Assembly (NCBI GenBank): GCA_010093995.1
Contig: ML992505.1
Location: 349,433 to 413,432 of the forward strand
Direction of reading: 5' to 3'
DNA from: Elsinoe ampelina
Lineage: Eukaryota
Length of the DNA: 64,000 nucleotides
Shown: in pieces, positions 37,378 through 50,357 of the stretch
How positions within the stretch are numbered: position 1 is the stretch's first letter
How the letters are laid out: each line of letters starts with the position of its first letter
The notes under the pieces: generated by a model
Seen by the model: the letters and a program-made list of their open reading frames with translations, nothing else
The model's database searches: none
What the model was told of the DNA's origin: nothing
Program-made: the position numbers and the translations under genes

Positions 37378-39333
37378 GGTGAGAGATACAGAACTTGCAC
37401 GGGAACAAGTCGCAGTCGACAGGAAGAATAGCCTGTGCTATATGTACCTTTCGGAGATCAGCTTAGACTTTGAGGGTCTTTTGTAAGCTTCGTAACGGGT
37501 GATGTATGACAAGAAACGGAAACAGGATGGAACGAAGATCTACAGGGGATATGATTGGAAGGCAGATCGTCTATTCGATGAGGCATTGGGATGTGCTGCA
37601 TGAACAGTGCAGAGAGAATATCTTACCGGCAATAAGAAATTAAAAACGGAAGTGATGTGGCAGCAGTTGGCGATGAGGACGAATCGAGAGGGCAACGACC
37701 GGAAGTGGATCAGGTAGATGGCCTTTTGACTTCCCAAGTGCAGATGGGGTTGCCCAATTGGTTGACCTTGACAGGTCTTGGTGTCCGGATGTAGTGTGCA
37801 GAAGTGCAACGGTCGTAGGCTCGCCCGTTTATGGACAGCGGGTGGTGGACTGCAGCTTCGGTGATGCTCGTTGTTGCTCGTTGGGGCTAAGCGAAGGGGT
37901 TAACAGGAGGTCTATCTGAAGTTTGCGTCGATAAGATAGGTTGAATTTGAGAAGTGTAGGGACGGTCTGGAGTGATACACACAAAGGACTGCTTGTTCCC
38001 GAATCCTCGACGGGAAGGACGAACCTTTTGTATCTTGATCAATCGGTCAAAGCCGTGCAAGAGGCACGGAGAGGCAGAATGGGAGCAGGTCGATACGTCA
38101 GTCCCAATACGGCATGATGCAATGCCAGATTGAGGATGTTCGGCCGACGGTTGCAAGCCCTGTTCGTTGTTCGAGGATGTCGAGTCACGGAGTGGGGACA
38201 ATATCGATGTACAGTATACCGGGGGGAGGGATCACGGACGGGAGATGTGTGGAGGTGAAGATGCCAGCAGCCACAGGGTTGTTGAGCGTGAGCACGGAGT
38301 CATTTGCGTAGGTTCCACATGAGTAGCGGATTGAGAGATGGAGGACGGCTGGATTGCTCCCAAGCCGCCAGTGCCGTTGGAGAAGAGGCATGTTGATCGC
38401 CGTTCCAGGTAGTGGGAAGCTCAAGATGGTAAGGGACCGTGTTAGCGCGAAGAATGGGTAATGTAGGTGGTCAGAGCAGGGGAAGAGGTGAGGACCGCGA
38501 GGTCAGGCCGGGAGCGCCACGAGTTAGCACGACTCGAAGAAGCGTGATGATGGGACGCCGACGACATGGCCTTGGGTCGGTCCCCTATGGTAGTGACGGG
38601 ATTGGACGATCAAGCGTTCGCGCTGGACCAAGGACGGTCAGGGCCATGGGCCATGGGCCGGATGACCCAGCCATTCGGGGGCGGACTAGGGAGTAGCGTG
38701 GCTAGACGAGATCTGTGTCCCCAAGCCCGGGCTACAGCGATTGAGGGATCGATCATTGATGATTGACCGCCGCTGACGTTGTCCCATGGAGGTTGCTATT
38801 TTTGATGAGTTCTGGCAGACAATTGGCCAGTTGAAAGGAATCAACAAGGCCAAGACAGGGATGGCACTGTGTACGGTGCACGACAGCAAGGTGTCGAAAA
38901 GAAGATGCAAAACGGTGGTGCATGGCATCAAGACGGCCGAGTAAAGCCGACGCAGTGAAAAGGCAAGAGGTCGAATTCCAAATCATGCAATGTCGTGCAT
39001 GGATACTTTGACAGTGCCATGTTTGAACTGGCGCTGGACAGAGCGGTGGCTTAATGGGCTATTTTTGACGACGGTACTGAAGAAAAAGAGAAAAAGAGTC
39101 GGGGAGCTGCCGGATCGCGCCTTAGCCGTTGGCCAACAGCTATCTACTACGAGACTACGACTTCCCAATGCGGCCTGCAGGTGCAGGGGATGGGACAAGA
39201 CTGTCAAGACTGGATCCAATGACCTTGTCGTCGGGTTGACACGACAAGGCAGAATGACTCTGTCGTGCATCTCCCGTCTGTACGATTCCCGATGATGCGG
39301 CAACGAGTGTTTCTTTGTCCTGCTAGGGACGCT

Positions 39334-39357
39334 GTACCTGTACCTGTACCTGTACCT
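39334..39357. repeat. (GTACCT)4 microsatellite
   Basis: gtacctgtacctgtacctgtacct read directly. Confidence 0.8.
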
Positions 39358-40845
39358 GCACTACAACAACTCACAGTGGGGCACGTAGAGTCAGCCTCCA
39401 AGCACAATTGATTGTCACAATCACTAGGGCTTGTTGCCGCTGTTCCAACAAGCGAGAGACGACTTGTCCGGCTTGACCCAAATTATTACAAGCTTCAATA
39501 TCGTCTCCTCATCGTGTCCATGGTGTCTCCATGGTGTCTGCCACTTCCTCAGCCACGCGCCACGCCATACCGTCTGCAGTCATAGCTTAACAACGATTGA
39601 ATCTAAGACATGCAGCAGTAGTCACCTGTCCGGATCGAAGAGGCCGCATCCGAGCCAGAGCTGAAGCCGTCAGTCAAAAAAGCCCGTTTTCCATCAATCA
39701 CCCTTGATCCAGAGTTCAGACGGTCAAAAGACTACTCCACTTTCAATTCCTGATCGAGAGGGCAGCACTCGTCAATCCCGTCCGAATCCGTCCTTGTCCA
39801 GCTCGTATTGATAATCATGTTCCTCCCTTCACAAGTCATGCCACGCCCATCCCAACACGCCGGACCTCGGGATCGCGATCTGCACGCGGCCAGAGAAGAT
39901 CGTCTAGGTACCTTTCCGTCGGTAGACCTCACAATCAGGCACTGTGCACGACGAACAAGCCAAAAGTACTCATGTACCCATCAGGCACCTCATTCTCCCG
40001 TGCAACACACACTTACCCACACCACTCCACCGGTAACAAACACCCGCGACCACTGGCCCACGACACTACTGCACCTCGCGCCCACATCGTTCACGCCGGC
40101 AAGGCCCTCCATCCCGTGCCCCTGTACCTCCCCGTCGGGCGCCGCCCTGTGTCTCCTGTACACTACAGTATCACGCGAGATGCAACCTGCAGCCCAAGAT
40201 CTATTCCCATCCACTCATTCATTGCATCCCCAACCCCTGCCATTTGGACCGTCCCGCTGTCCTGGGTAAATGCCAACTGACCAAAGGGTACAACGACCAG
40301 GTGCGCGGTATCACTGCAGCGACGAGCACCATGCAACGCACGCACTCGTACAACGCAACAGTGCAGAATTATCCATTTGCAATTCGTCCAACGCGCGCGC
40401 ACGCTCCCGGCGGCGACGCGACGCAAGGCAAAGCGCGTGCACATCTCTTCCTCCTCCTCCTTGTTGGTTGGGTATCACAACGATCCAATAATGACAAACG
40501 GTTCCCCCGAAATGCACCTGTCCCAATTCCATCTCTACCGGCTTGTTGCAGACCGTGTGTGCGGCGGGATCCTGACCCTGCCCTGCCGCAATCGTCCCAC
40601 GACCCGATCCCCTTCCGTTCCGTCTGTGCCCTTCTGGCCACGTAGAGCCGGACTGACTCGTCTTCAGCCCTCGCCGAGCCGGTCTGGTATGCCTCGGAGC
40701 ATCGTCCGGTAGGCGCCAGAACATGGAGGTCTCTGACCAGAGTCTCCCAGATGCCCACTCACCATATCCAAATGCTCCTCTCTCCGACACTCGATCAGCC
40801 CGAGGCCTTCCTAAGCATCTTAGGTTCCTCCTCATTTTAAACCCC

Positions 40846-42942
40846 CTAAGCACTCGGGACATGAATCTCATACCCCAACAACGCCTCGTTGAAACTCCCC
40901 TCCCACCCTCTATTCCCCGCCGTGCTGATCATAAAACTACACGTCGGATCCACGTGCAACGCCGAAATCATCCCCGTCCTATGACCCGGCACGATCAAAA
41001 ACGGCACGGCAGAGTGCTTGCTCGGGTTCTGGTCCGCCTTGAGATCATACAGTCTCAGGATATCGTAACTCGCACTGTTTGACCCGTCAGCTTTCATCTC
41101 CCCAGCCCCCACAATCCACCAGTCCAAAAGAGCCTTGAAAAAAAAGGAATCAACATACCACACGAGTCCCCTCCCATTCGGCATCCCCCTCACAGCACTC
41201 ACCGCCCCGCTCCCGGCCGGGAACCTCAACGTCCGAGTCGGCTCCCCCATCCTCCCCCCGCGGTGCACAGAGTACTCGTCCACCGTCCCGTTCCGCCTCC
41301 CCGCGTAGAAAAAATTGCCGTCCGGCGACCAGCATGCCCCCATGCACCACGGGGGCGTGCCGCGTTGCGGGTGGATGGTTGCGATCGGGAGCGGGGCGCG
41401 GCGGTCCCACAGGCGTAAAGCCCCGTCGATGGCAGAGTCGAGGAAGGTGGATTCCTGCGAGGCGGCCGGGGTGGAGGTGGAGGCGGGGAGGGAGGTGGTG
41501 AGGGGGGCGTCGTGGGTGGGGTTGCTGGAGGTGTGGCCGTTTGTGAGGGGTTCAGTGGGGATGGATAGGTCGGGGACCGGGGCAGAGGGGTCTTTTTCGA
41601 CAGGGGGTGGGGGGTTCGGTGGTGCTTCGGCAGTGGACTCGGGCATGGCGGGTTCGCTGGTGACGTTCCCTGAGGCCTCTTCTGCGTCATGCTGGGAGAG
41701 GCCGTTGGCGAGTGCTTTGCTAAAGTCGTCGTCGTCGTCGTCGAAGCCGCCTCCGCCTCCACCTCCTCCGCCCTCGTCGTTGTCTCCGAACAGACTGCCG
41801 TGATCGTTCTCTCCGAATAGACTACCATCTGGTGAGCCGATCGCGTCTTCCTCTTTTCCCTCGCCCTTGACCGATCCTCCGTTGGTGAAGCCATTGGTCG
41901 TCACCGGTTTGTCGTTGTTCGTCCCGAATGTGTCGCTCGCTTCCCGCTCCGTCTCGACATCCAACGTTGGCACCGCCACTCCACTGGGCGGTCTTATTTC
42001 GATCGCTGAGATTTGTCCACCATTTCCTGGAAACGTTCGCTTGACCCGGCCAGTATTGAGATCCCAGTCCAGGATCCTCTTATCCCAACTTCCAGACAGG
42101 CAGCTCGTCTCATCTATACTCAGCTTCAACACACTGACCGCACTCGTATGCTCCCTCAATGTGGCTATTCGTGTCCCCGCTTGATGCCGACAAGTCTGTA
42201 GATTGATCGCCCCGCTCTCTAGACCGCTCAGCAACCACAGCGCCTGATGTTGTACAGCCAAAGAATAAACCGGTGATGTCTCCTTACTCTCATCTCCTGC
42301 TTGCGCCGGCGGTGTTCGTGAAGACGGCGCCACTTCTTCATTCTCCCAGTATGTTGTCAAAGATCCAGCCTTCATAACGCTGTCCACGAATGGATGCTTT
42401 TGTGCTACTGTCAAGGGCACTTTCCCATTGGCTGTTTCCACCCAGTTGTACATCCTTACGTAGCCATCTCCGCCTCCCGAGAAGACCCAGCGCATGTCCG
42501 GTGTGGCTGTCAGAGCGTTGATGCTGGTCCCTTGCGGTGCGGCCATGGTCGGAACAATATCGTATGTGAGCGCTGTAAGGGCTTCAGGACGTGGAGGCGG
42601 TATATAGTATGCTGCGCCGGTGTGCGGACCGCGAGAGGAGGCGGGGCGAGGAGACGGACTGGTGAGAAGGACAGTGGGGTTTTGGTTCGAAGGCGAGGGT
42701 CGAGAGCCGCGGCGTGGATTAGTTGGCGAGTCGGGGTCTCCTGGCTCGTCGTCGTCTTCGTCGTCCTCGTTCGCGTCGGGATCGTCGTCGCCGTCCGCAT
42801 CGTCTTGGGCATCGTCATCTACCATAGTCGCATCGGCTTCGTTGTCGTCGTCGTCTCCGTCCGCGTCGGCCATGGTCTCGTCTTCATCTTGCGATTCGGA
42901 CGAGTTGTTGGCTTGATCATCGTCGTCTTCGAAGGAGACCAT
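40846..42942 (-). CDS. SPT8: SAGA complex WD40 subunit Spt8
   Basis: Acidic N-terminus, YDIVPTMAAPQ, CLSGSWDK, PPWCMGACWSPDG, YAGRRNGTV, VPFLIVPGH, STAGNRGWEG; intron 41075-41158. Confidence 0.93.
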   Translation of the reverse strand: MVSFEDDDDQANNSSESQDEDETMADADGDDDDNEADATMVDDDAQDDADGDDDPDANEDDEDDDEPGDPDSPTNPRRGSRPSPSNQNPTVLLTSPSPRPASSRGPHTGAAYYIPPPRPEALTALTYDIVPTMAAPQGTSINALTATPDMRWVFSGGGDGYVRMYNWVETANGKVPLTVAQKHPFVDSVMKAGSLTTYWENEEVAPSSRTPPAQAGDESKETSPVYSLAVQHQALWLLSGLESGAINLQTCRHQAGTRIATLREHTSAVSVLKLSIDETSCLSGSWDKRILDWDLNTGRVKRTFPGNGGQISAIEIRPPSGVAVPTLDVETEREASDTFGTNNDKPVTTNGFTNGGSVKGEGKEEDAIGSPDGSLFGENDHGSLFGDNDEGGGGGGGGGFDDDDDDFSKALANGLSQHDAEEASGNVTSEPAMPESTAEAPPNPPPPVEKDPSAPVPDLSIPTEPLTNGHTSSNPTHDAPLTTSLPASTSTPAASQESTFLDSAIDGALRLWDRRAPLPIATIHPQRGTPPWCMGACWSPDGNFFYAGRRNGTVDEYSVHRGGRMGEPTRTLRFPAGSGAVSAVRGMPNGRGLVWYVDSFFFKALLDWWIVGAGEMKADGSNSASYDILRLYDLKADQNPSKHSAVPFLIVPGHRTGMISALHVDPTCSFMISTAGNRGWEGSFNEALLGYEIHVPSA

Positions 42943-43476
42943 TTTGCTGGATTAGGAGATTGCGGACAGGCGTCGAATGGTCACATAGTCGCCCAGAAGA
43001 CTAGTGATGTCGATTCGTCGCAGTAAACCCTATGCAGAGGGAGCAATTGGTGGCCGGAATAATATCGACTTGCTTGTCGAGGTCGAGATCGGGATTAGCT
43101 CATGCTCGTGATCGACCGGTCCGAGGAACCGCAGAGCCGCACATGTTACAACATGGAGAATCTCACGCCGTCCTGCTTTACGCTCTCCCGTCCCAACCAA
43201 CCATTTCTGTCTTTGTTGATAGGCTGACTACAAAGTCGTCTTTGGCTTGTTCGTGAACATTGGCATCTGCGCAAAGTCGCTACAAAGAGTTAAGTGCGTA
43301 CTGATGCTAAAGTAACTCTCTCTCCGGGGCCTCTTGGGTCCACTGTTCCGCCACATGCAAGTAGCCGGTCATGACATCGATGCAAACACTGCGATCTCGC
43401 GGATTTGAAGCAGATGGCCCACAGTCTCTTGAAAGCATTGCTCTCGCTAGATCAAGCTGTGAAAGGATGCACATAA

Positions 43477-43865
<389 letters not shown>

Positions 43866-44721
43866 GGAGGGACAATTAGTGGCAGGCAGCTCGTGGCTAG
43901 AAGGCCTAGGTACGGGCCATGGGTACGAGAATGTAAGTAAACAGCATCATCAATCTTCATTCCATGCCCAGAAAAGATCTAATGGCAAACCCCGGCAGAA
44001 GAGGTGCAAATGATGTTATTCAAGCGACCTCGGGAGGCGACTGATCCTCACGCGAGGCCTACCGGCTTCATAAACCTGTCAAGAAGGATGACACCATCAT
44101 CCTCTGACGACGGTCACTGGCTCTCTCTTCGTAGAGCTTCTCTACTCATAATCTCTCGTGGCCGGACTTACTTGGACTTCACCCGCAAAAGGGTTCGGAC
44201 CTAGAGACTCACGGTACCTACATCCAGTTTGTCCACTCTCCGGACATGGTCCTGAGTAAAGCATTGCATGGGTACCTAGGTAGAAATCCACATCAAGTCT
44301 GGGAAGTCTGGGCTTCATGAGAGTATCTTGCTTGTGCTACCTCAGTGGGCCCTTGTTTATGGGCTTGGGAGAGGTTGGGATTGGGCACTGACGCTGGTGG
44401 TAAGGGCAAGAGCTTTTTCGTCTAGCACATTTCAGCCTTCAGCCGTGTGGTATCGATTGATGAGTTTCAATTCGGGGGAAGGAGTCGTTTTGGATTAGGT
44501 AAAGGTTGAGTGGCCGCGTGGTGTGACTTGACTTGACTGGACTCAAGGGCAGCTGTCTCACATCCCTAAGAGCAGCGCTTCACCATGACACGAATCAATG
44601 GCTTTTGCTATATGCACGCTATTCAGTCTCATGCGGACAGTCTTTTCCTTAATCCCATTCACCCCTTCTGCGTCGCAACCCTCTCACATCCCATGCTCCC
44701 AAATATCAGTGGAGTCATGAC

Positions 44722-47486
44722 CTAATCCTCAGTCAAATCACCATACTCCCACATCCCTCTCCTCTCACTCTTCGCTTCCTCCTCCCTCTTCCTCAACCCA
44801 GCCAACACATCCGTCGCGCCCCTCTCCCACGCCTTCAACTTCCTCGGCACCATCGCCAATCCCTCCCCAACCACCTCCGCATTGACGCTCTGATCCGCCT
44901 TATCGCTCTTCTTAGGATCGAACAGCGTCACGTACAGCGTGCCCTCCTTGGAGTCGATAAAGTCCACGTTGGCAACCAGCTGCCTCCCCGCCGTTGTCTC
45001 CTCAATCATGTATGTGGCTTCTTGGAGGTACTCTTTGCTGCCGGAGAATTGGACGAAGGAGAGTACGGCATCAACAGCTTGGGGCTTGAGCTTCTGCACG
45101 CCGAAGCGGCCTTGGTCTAAGGGGCGAAGGCGGGTCCACGGGATGATCTCGCTATTACCGTAGTCAACGTAGACGACTTCGCTGGTCTTGGCGTCTCGGT
45201 CGTTGCGGCGGACGCGGGCGCGGTACCAGGTGTCGTCGGCGGTGAACTTGGCGGAGACGTAGTCGCCTGCTTTTGGTGGACCGTCGAGGCCGCCGGAAGA
45301 GGAAATGTGGAAGGAGCGGAAGGAGTTCATGAGCTCGCTGAGGGCGGATGTGCCGGTGCCGACTTGCTGGATCTTGAGCTTGGCCGTTTCTGGGTCGATG
45401 TGAGTGATCATCACGTCGCGGTAGTCCTTCCTGCGTTCTACCGGAGCAGATGAGTCTCCGTTCGTCCCATTTGTGCCGTTTGTGCCGTTTGTGTAGCCAT
45501 CTTCGCCGTTGGCCTCGGCGTCCTGTGATGGGTCCCAGTCTTGCCAGAGGTTCTTGCGACCTTCCTTAGCCTTTGACTCCGCAGCGAAGAGCTCGTTGGC
45601 GTTTCCAGACTTTTCTGCCGAGTATGCGTGAACAGATGCCAGACCCTCTTCGACAAGTGACTTGGCAAACGACTCGCGGTTGACGTATAGGGTACCAATG
45701 AATCCGCCCACCTTGTCGACATTCTCAACATCAATTTCGACATCACGTTGCAAAGCCCTTCGATTCGCAAAGTCGTGAGCCTCTTGGCCAAATGGCTCGC
45801 CTTTATCAGCGGGATTGCGAGCTGACTTTGGACACGAGATACCAGACAGGACGAAGGTGAGCTTTGCGTTCTCCCGAGGTACCAGTAGTGTGAAGCGGCT
45901 TCCAGATTTGACGAAGTCCACAATAGCAGGAACACGACGTTGGCGAGAAAAGAGAGTCATCTGTCGCTTGGCCTGGTCCAGAGAAGCGCTGTAGTCCACA
46001 TATTCGACCTTCTTTGGCGGCTTAGGATTCCACATACCCTTACCTTCTGTTTTGGCAGCCTCTTCTGCGGCAAGCAGCTCATCGTAAATGGGCGATCGAT
46101 CAGTATCGTCCATTCTATGCCTGATGACCGATGCGTATCCCTCCTCGACTAGAAGCAGTCCGACATTTTTACCCGATTGAGTGACGGTCGCCATTTCTCG
46201 CTCATCATAACCTTCGGTGGCGGGCCGCTTACCGTCGATGACAACCTTTACAGTCTTGCCAATGAGTCGCTTGCGGAGAAATTCCTTGGCCTCGGGTACA
46301 AAAGGTGCTTGTGCAGGATCTGTAGGCTTCGGCTGTCTGACGCTGCTGAGGTTGACGCGCTTGTCCAGTCCAGCCCGGTTGCGGAGGAAGAGAGTATCGG
46401 CTGAAAAGACACGACTGACAGTTGCTTCGATCTCACCTTTGGCTCCACCGCTGTTTGACGCCACTGCGTGGAACAGCCCCTTACGATTGTCCCTCGCTTG
46501 ACGTTCAGCTTGACGAAGCTTGCCCATGTCAGATCCGAGCATTGTCGAGTGGTGGTCAACGCAACGAGCCAGACCATCGCGAAGGATATGCTCTGCGATG
46601 CTGCCTTGCACCGGATGTCGCACATCACCTATAAGCTGTCCGTTTGGTGATACTCCCAAGAGTTTGATCTCTACACCTCGTTGATGGAGACGAGACTCGA
46701 TGAATGCAAGCGCCTCTTGTCCGTATGGCTCAGCTGGTTGTTCAGTGTTGTCTGCAGCATTGACGCGCTTCGTTGCAGGGGCTCTGATACCAGCTATGAG
46801 GATGAGAGTCTGCAGGTGCTTGTTTGGCTCGAGGAGTAGTCGACATATGACGCGGTCTCCAGTGATGACTCGCTCGATGATAGCTGATCAATTGTCAGCT
46901 TTGTGATATCTCCGGACCGTAGCTCTTACCGTCTATGGTCTTGCCCTTGTGCTCTTCCACGAGTGACTTTGGGTTTGCGACCTCTTGTATGCTCTCGATG
47001 CGGGAGAGGGATGGACTCCACAAGCCCTTCGAGTCTGTTTTTGCTCTTGCCTCGAGAGCTTGCAGCTTCTCTAGCAGTTCAATGCCCTGTGGGGAGTCCT
47101 CCTTCTTCCCAGCATCATCTCTCAGCTTGACCCAGCCCTCGCCGACCAGAACATCAGGCAGTTGCTGACCACTCTGAAGCTGGACGATACCATAGTCTCG
47201 AGAAGCAGACCCGGGAATGTTGTACAAAACGCTGAATCGGACTACCTTGCCGAGGACTAGCTTGCGTAGGAAATCGCGGGACTCGAAGGCACCTTGCTGT
47301 GGGATATGTCAGATCCTGCTCTTGACGTGTGGGAACGTGACTGACCTCGTCGCCTTCTCTTCTTAACCTCGGTGCGGTGACGAATGCCAGGCTAAGAGTT
47401 CGCTCCTGTGCTGGATTGCGGACGTTGTGTAAGATCAAAGTGTCCCCTGAAAGGACAGCTTTGACCTTTGCTTCCATGAGAGACAT
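44722..47486 (-). CDS. SND1: Tudor staphylococcal nuclease (Tudor-SN/p100)
   Basis: KVKAVLSGDTLIL; repeated SN modules (EAKEFLRKRLIGK, EPFGQEAHDF...LQRDVEI); Tudor AKFTADDTWYRARV...YVDYGNSE; C-terminal RGMWEYGDLTED; two introns. Confidence 0.96.
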
Positions 47487-48004
47487 GTCGACGGTGAAGG
47501 ACGTTCAAAGCAAGATTGACTAAAGGCGAGGACACTCGATGCCGGTCAGTGAACACTCCTCGAAGGTGGGATGACTGAGGGCAACGCAGGAGGTATGGAG
47601 CTTTGACTCGAGAGGCCTCGTGCTCATGCCTCGGGGAATATCACTCACCAATGACGGTACTTTTCGGCGCAAAATCCGAATCGAATGCAATTGATGATGC
47701 TTTTGTACTATCGAGGAAGCAAATGTGAATGAGAATGCAATGCTAATGTGGTTAGAGTCTAGATTCATTGCAAGCTGTCACTTTGATTTTGTCACCGCCC
47801 AAATGCAGTGTGGGGTAAGCTATATCATCATCATCACAGGGTCCACATCTTGAACAACCACGAGACGGCACGTTTGTGGTTGCACTTGAGCACAATGATG
47901 GCAGTGAACGATGGTATTGCTTTTCCTATGTACCTCGTACAGCCGCTTGTCCACAGCGAGTCCGTCTTTTGACCTCGTGTCTCATTGCTTCATTTGTGGA
48001 GCGC

Positions 48005-48823
48005 CTAGTTGGCGATACCGATGACACCTGCAAAAGTCAGCCAGCATCCAGCTTCCATTCTGGTATGTCCTTACCGCAAGCTGGGCGAGCACCAGCGTTT
48101 CCAGTCTTCTTGCTCTCCTCGTTACCTCCCTTGCCGAGGTCATCAGTGCCAGCGTGGACGACAATGGTGCGGCCGAGGACGCTCTCGGGTCCGATCAGCT
48201 TGATGAGCTTGTCAGTGACGGAGCCATTGGCGTTGCCCTGGCCGTCAGTCTTGAAGTTGCCTAGATCACCAACATGGCGATCAGAGTCGGAGGGAGCACC
48301 GTGGGTCTTGCCGTGAGGATTGACTGAGTGTGTCAGCATATCGTCCTGTGATACGAACGGTGTCTGAGATATCGCACAGTGAGGTCCGGCAGAGGTGCAG
48401 CCGTTGGTGTTATCGCCAAAGGCGTGGACGTGCATTCCACGCTCAGCGTTCGCATCATGACCAGTGATGTTCCATGAGATTGTGGTGTCGGCGCTCTCGG
48501 AGGCCTGCTCAAAGGTGACGGTACCCGAGATCTTCGAGTCACCACGGAGGACAGCAACTGGAACTCAGTCAGCTACCGGTTCGTTAAAATTGAGTATGAC
48601 GCTGAATGATGATTGGGCGGCTCAAGAAATGAGCTGGCTCAGAGAGGCATCATTGGTGAGGAAGGTAGCCTTGAGCACCGTGATGGACAGCTGATGGACA
48701 TGCTGAGCTCTCAATGGATGCAGAGGATCAAACATGCCCATTGATTGTTGCAGGGTAGACCGGACTAAGCTTTGTGGAGCCGCATATTCTGGAGAATCTG
48801 ATTGACTGACCTGCTTTGACCAT
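48005..48823 (-). CDS. SOD1: Cu/Zn superoxide dismutase
   Basis: [74 protein letters not shown]; three introns, the first ~250 nt. Confidence 0.97.
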
Positions 48824-49223
48824 TTTGACTTGTGTTGATGTTGTTTTGGTCGATTGAAACTTGCTTGAATTTGCTCAGTTGAATTGTAGACGGTGAAGAC
48901 TTTGGTGGAGGGGGAGACCGTCAGCCAGCCCACTTTCATGAGGAGCTCGAGGTGGGGTGCCTTTGCCGAGCTCGGCGACATTCTCGAATGTCATCATCGC
49001 TCGGCCGAGTCCACTGCGGAAATGAGGCGGGAGGGGTGGACCAGGGACCCCTCCAAACATTTGCAAACACCACACAGGGCGGCACTCACATGTGGAACCG
49101 GTCGTAGTTGAATTTCAAAGTCATCGGTCATGAAGCTATTTTATGCAACAAAGACTATGGCACACCCCATTGTCACTGCGACAGTCTGGGCAACACCGAT
49201 ACACCTTCCTTCCCACCAAAAAT

Positions 49224-50357
49224 CTACTTCTGCAGCTTCTCCTTCAAGATACCCTTGAGCGTGACGGCGTCTGCGGCAAACTTGCTGATACCCTCGCTGA
49301 GCTTGTGCACGCCCATGGTGTCCTCGTTGAAGTCGAAACGGAAGTCACCCTCGTTCTCGAGGTAGCTCTTCTTCTGGAGATCGAGGCTGCTTGCACCGGA
49401 AGCGTCAAGCTTCTTGGGGACTGCGTCCTTGCTGTTGTACAGCTCCTCCAGAAGGTTGGGCTGCGCTTTGTCAGAGATTTTTCGGGACGGGAATCGACAG
49501 CCAACTTACGGAGATGGTCAGATAATCGCAGCCGGCAAGTTCGGTGATTTCGCCAACGTTACGGAAACTGGCTCCCATAACAATGGTCTTGTAACCGAAC
49601 TTCTTGTAGTAGTTGAAGATGGCCTGCACGCTCTTGACACCAGGATCTTCCTGCGCGCTGTACTCCTTCTTGTGCTGAGCCTTGTACCAATCGAGGATAC
49701 GACCGACGAATGGAGAGATGAGGTAGGCACCTGCCTCAGCGGCGGCAATGGCTTGTGGGAGCGAGAAGAGGAGGGTCAGGTTGCAGTTGATACCGTGCTT
49801 CGATTGAAGGATGTGGGCGGCCTTGATACCTTCCCAGGTGGAGGCAATCTTGATCAAGACGCGGTCCTTCTCAATGCCCTGCTCCTTGTACAGCTGTCAT
49901 GGTGTCAGATAATCTCCTCGTACTCGCTATCTTCTTAAGACATACGTCAATGATGTGGAGCGCCTTGTTTACGGAAGCCTCAGTATCGAAGGAGAAGCGA
50001 GCGTCAACTTCGGTCGACACCTTGCCAGGAATGATCTTGAGGATCTCCTTGCCGAATTGTACGAGCAGGCTGTCGAGAGTTGCGTCGACCTGCTCGTCAA
50101 TGTTCTTGCCATGCTTCTTGCCATACTCGACAGCGGCGTCGATGAGCTTTGCGTATTCTGGCTTTTTCGAGGCAGCGAGAATCAGAGAAGGGTTGGTTGT
50201 AGCATCTTGCGGCTTGTACTTGTCAATGGTAGCGAAATCGCCGGAATCGCAGACAACGACCTGCCAATTGTTAGGGAGACTGCCCCGCGGAGACCCTGAT
50301 ATGGCCGGAAGAACGTACGGTGCCAGCGGCTTTCAGCTGGTCGAGACTGCTGGACAT
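49224..50357 (-). CDS. TAL1: Transaldolase
   Basis: [73 protein letters not shown]; three introns. Confidence 0.97.

Noticed and set aside
37540..40871. Many 60-190 aa ORFs upstream of the velvet-like gene
   Set aside because: No domains or consistent splice structure; typical chance ORFs of GC-balanced DNA.
48600..48710. C/D snoRNA (ATGATGA...CTGA) in SOD1 intron 1
   Set aside because: Boxes are antisense to the host gene and no rRNA guide was recognised.
49170..49226. Readthrough PTS1 on TAL1 (SOD1 also checked)
   Set aside because: Stops are TAG in non-leaky contexts and the extensions end in LSQ and LHK.
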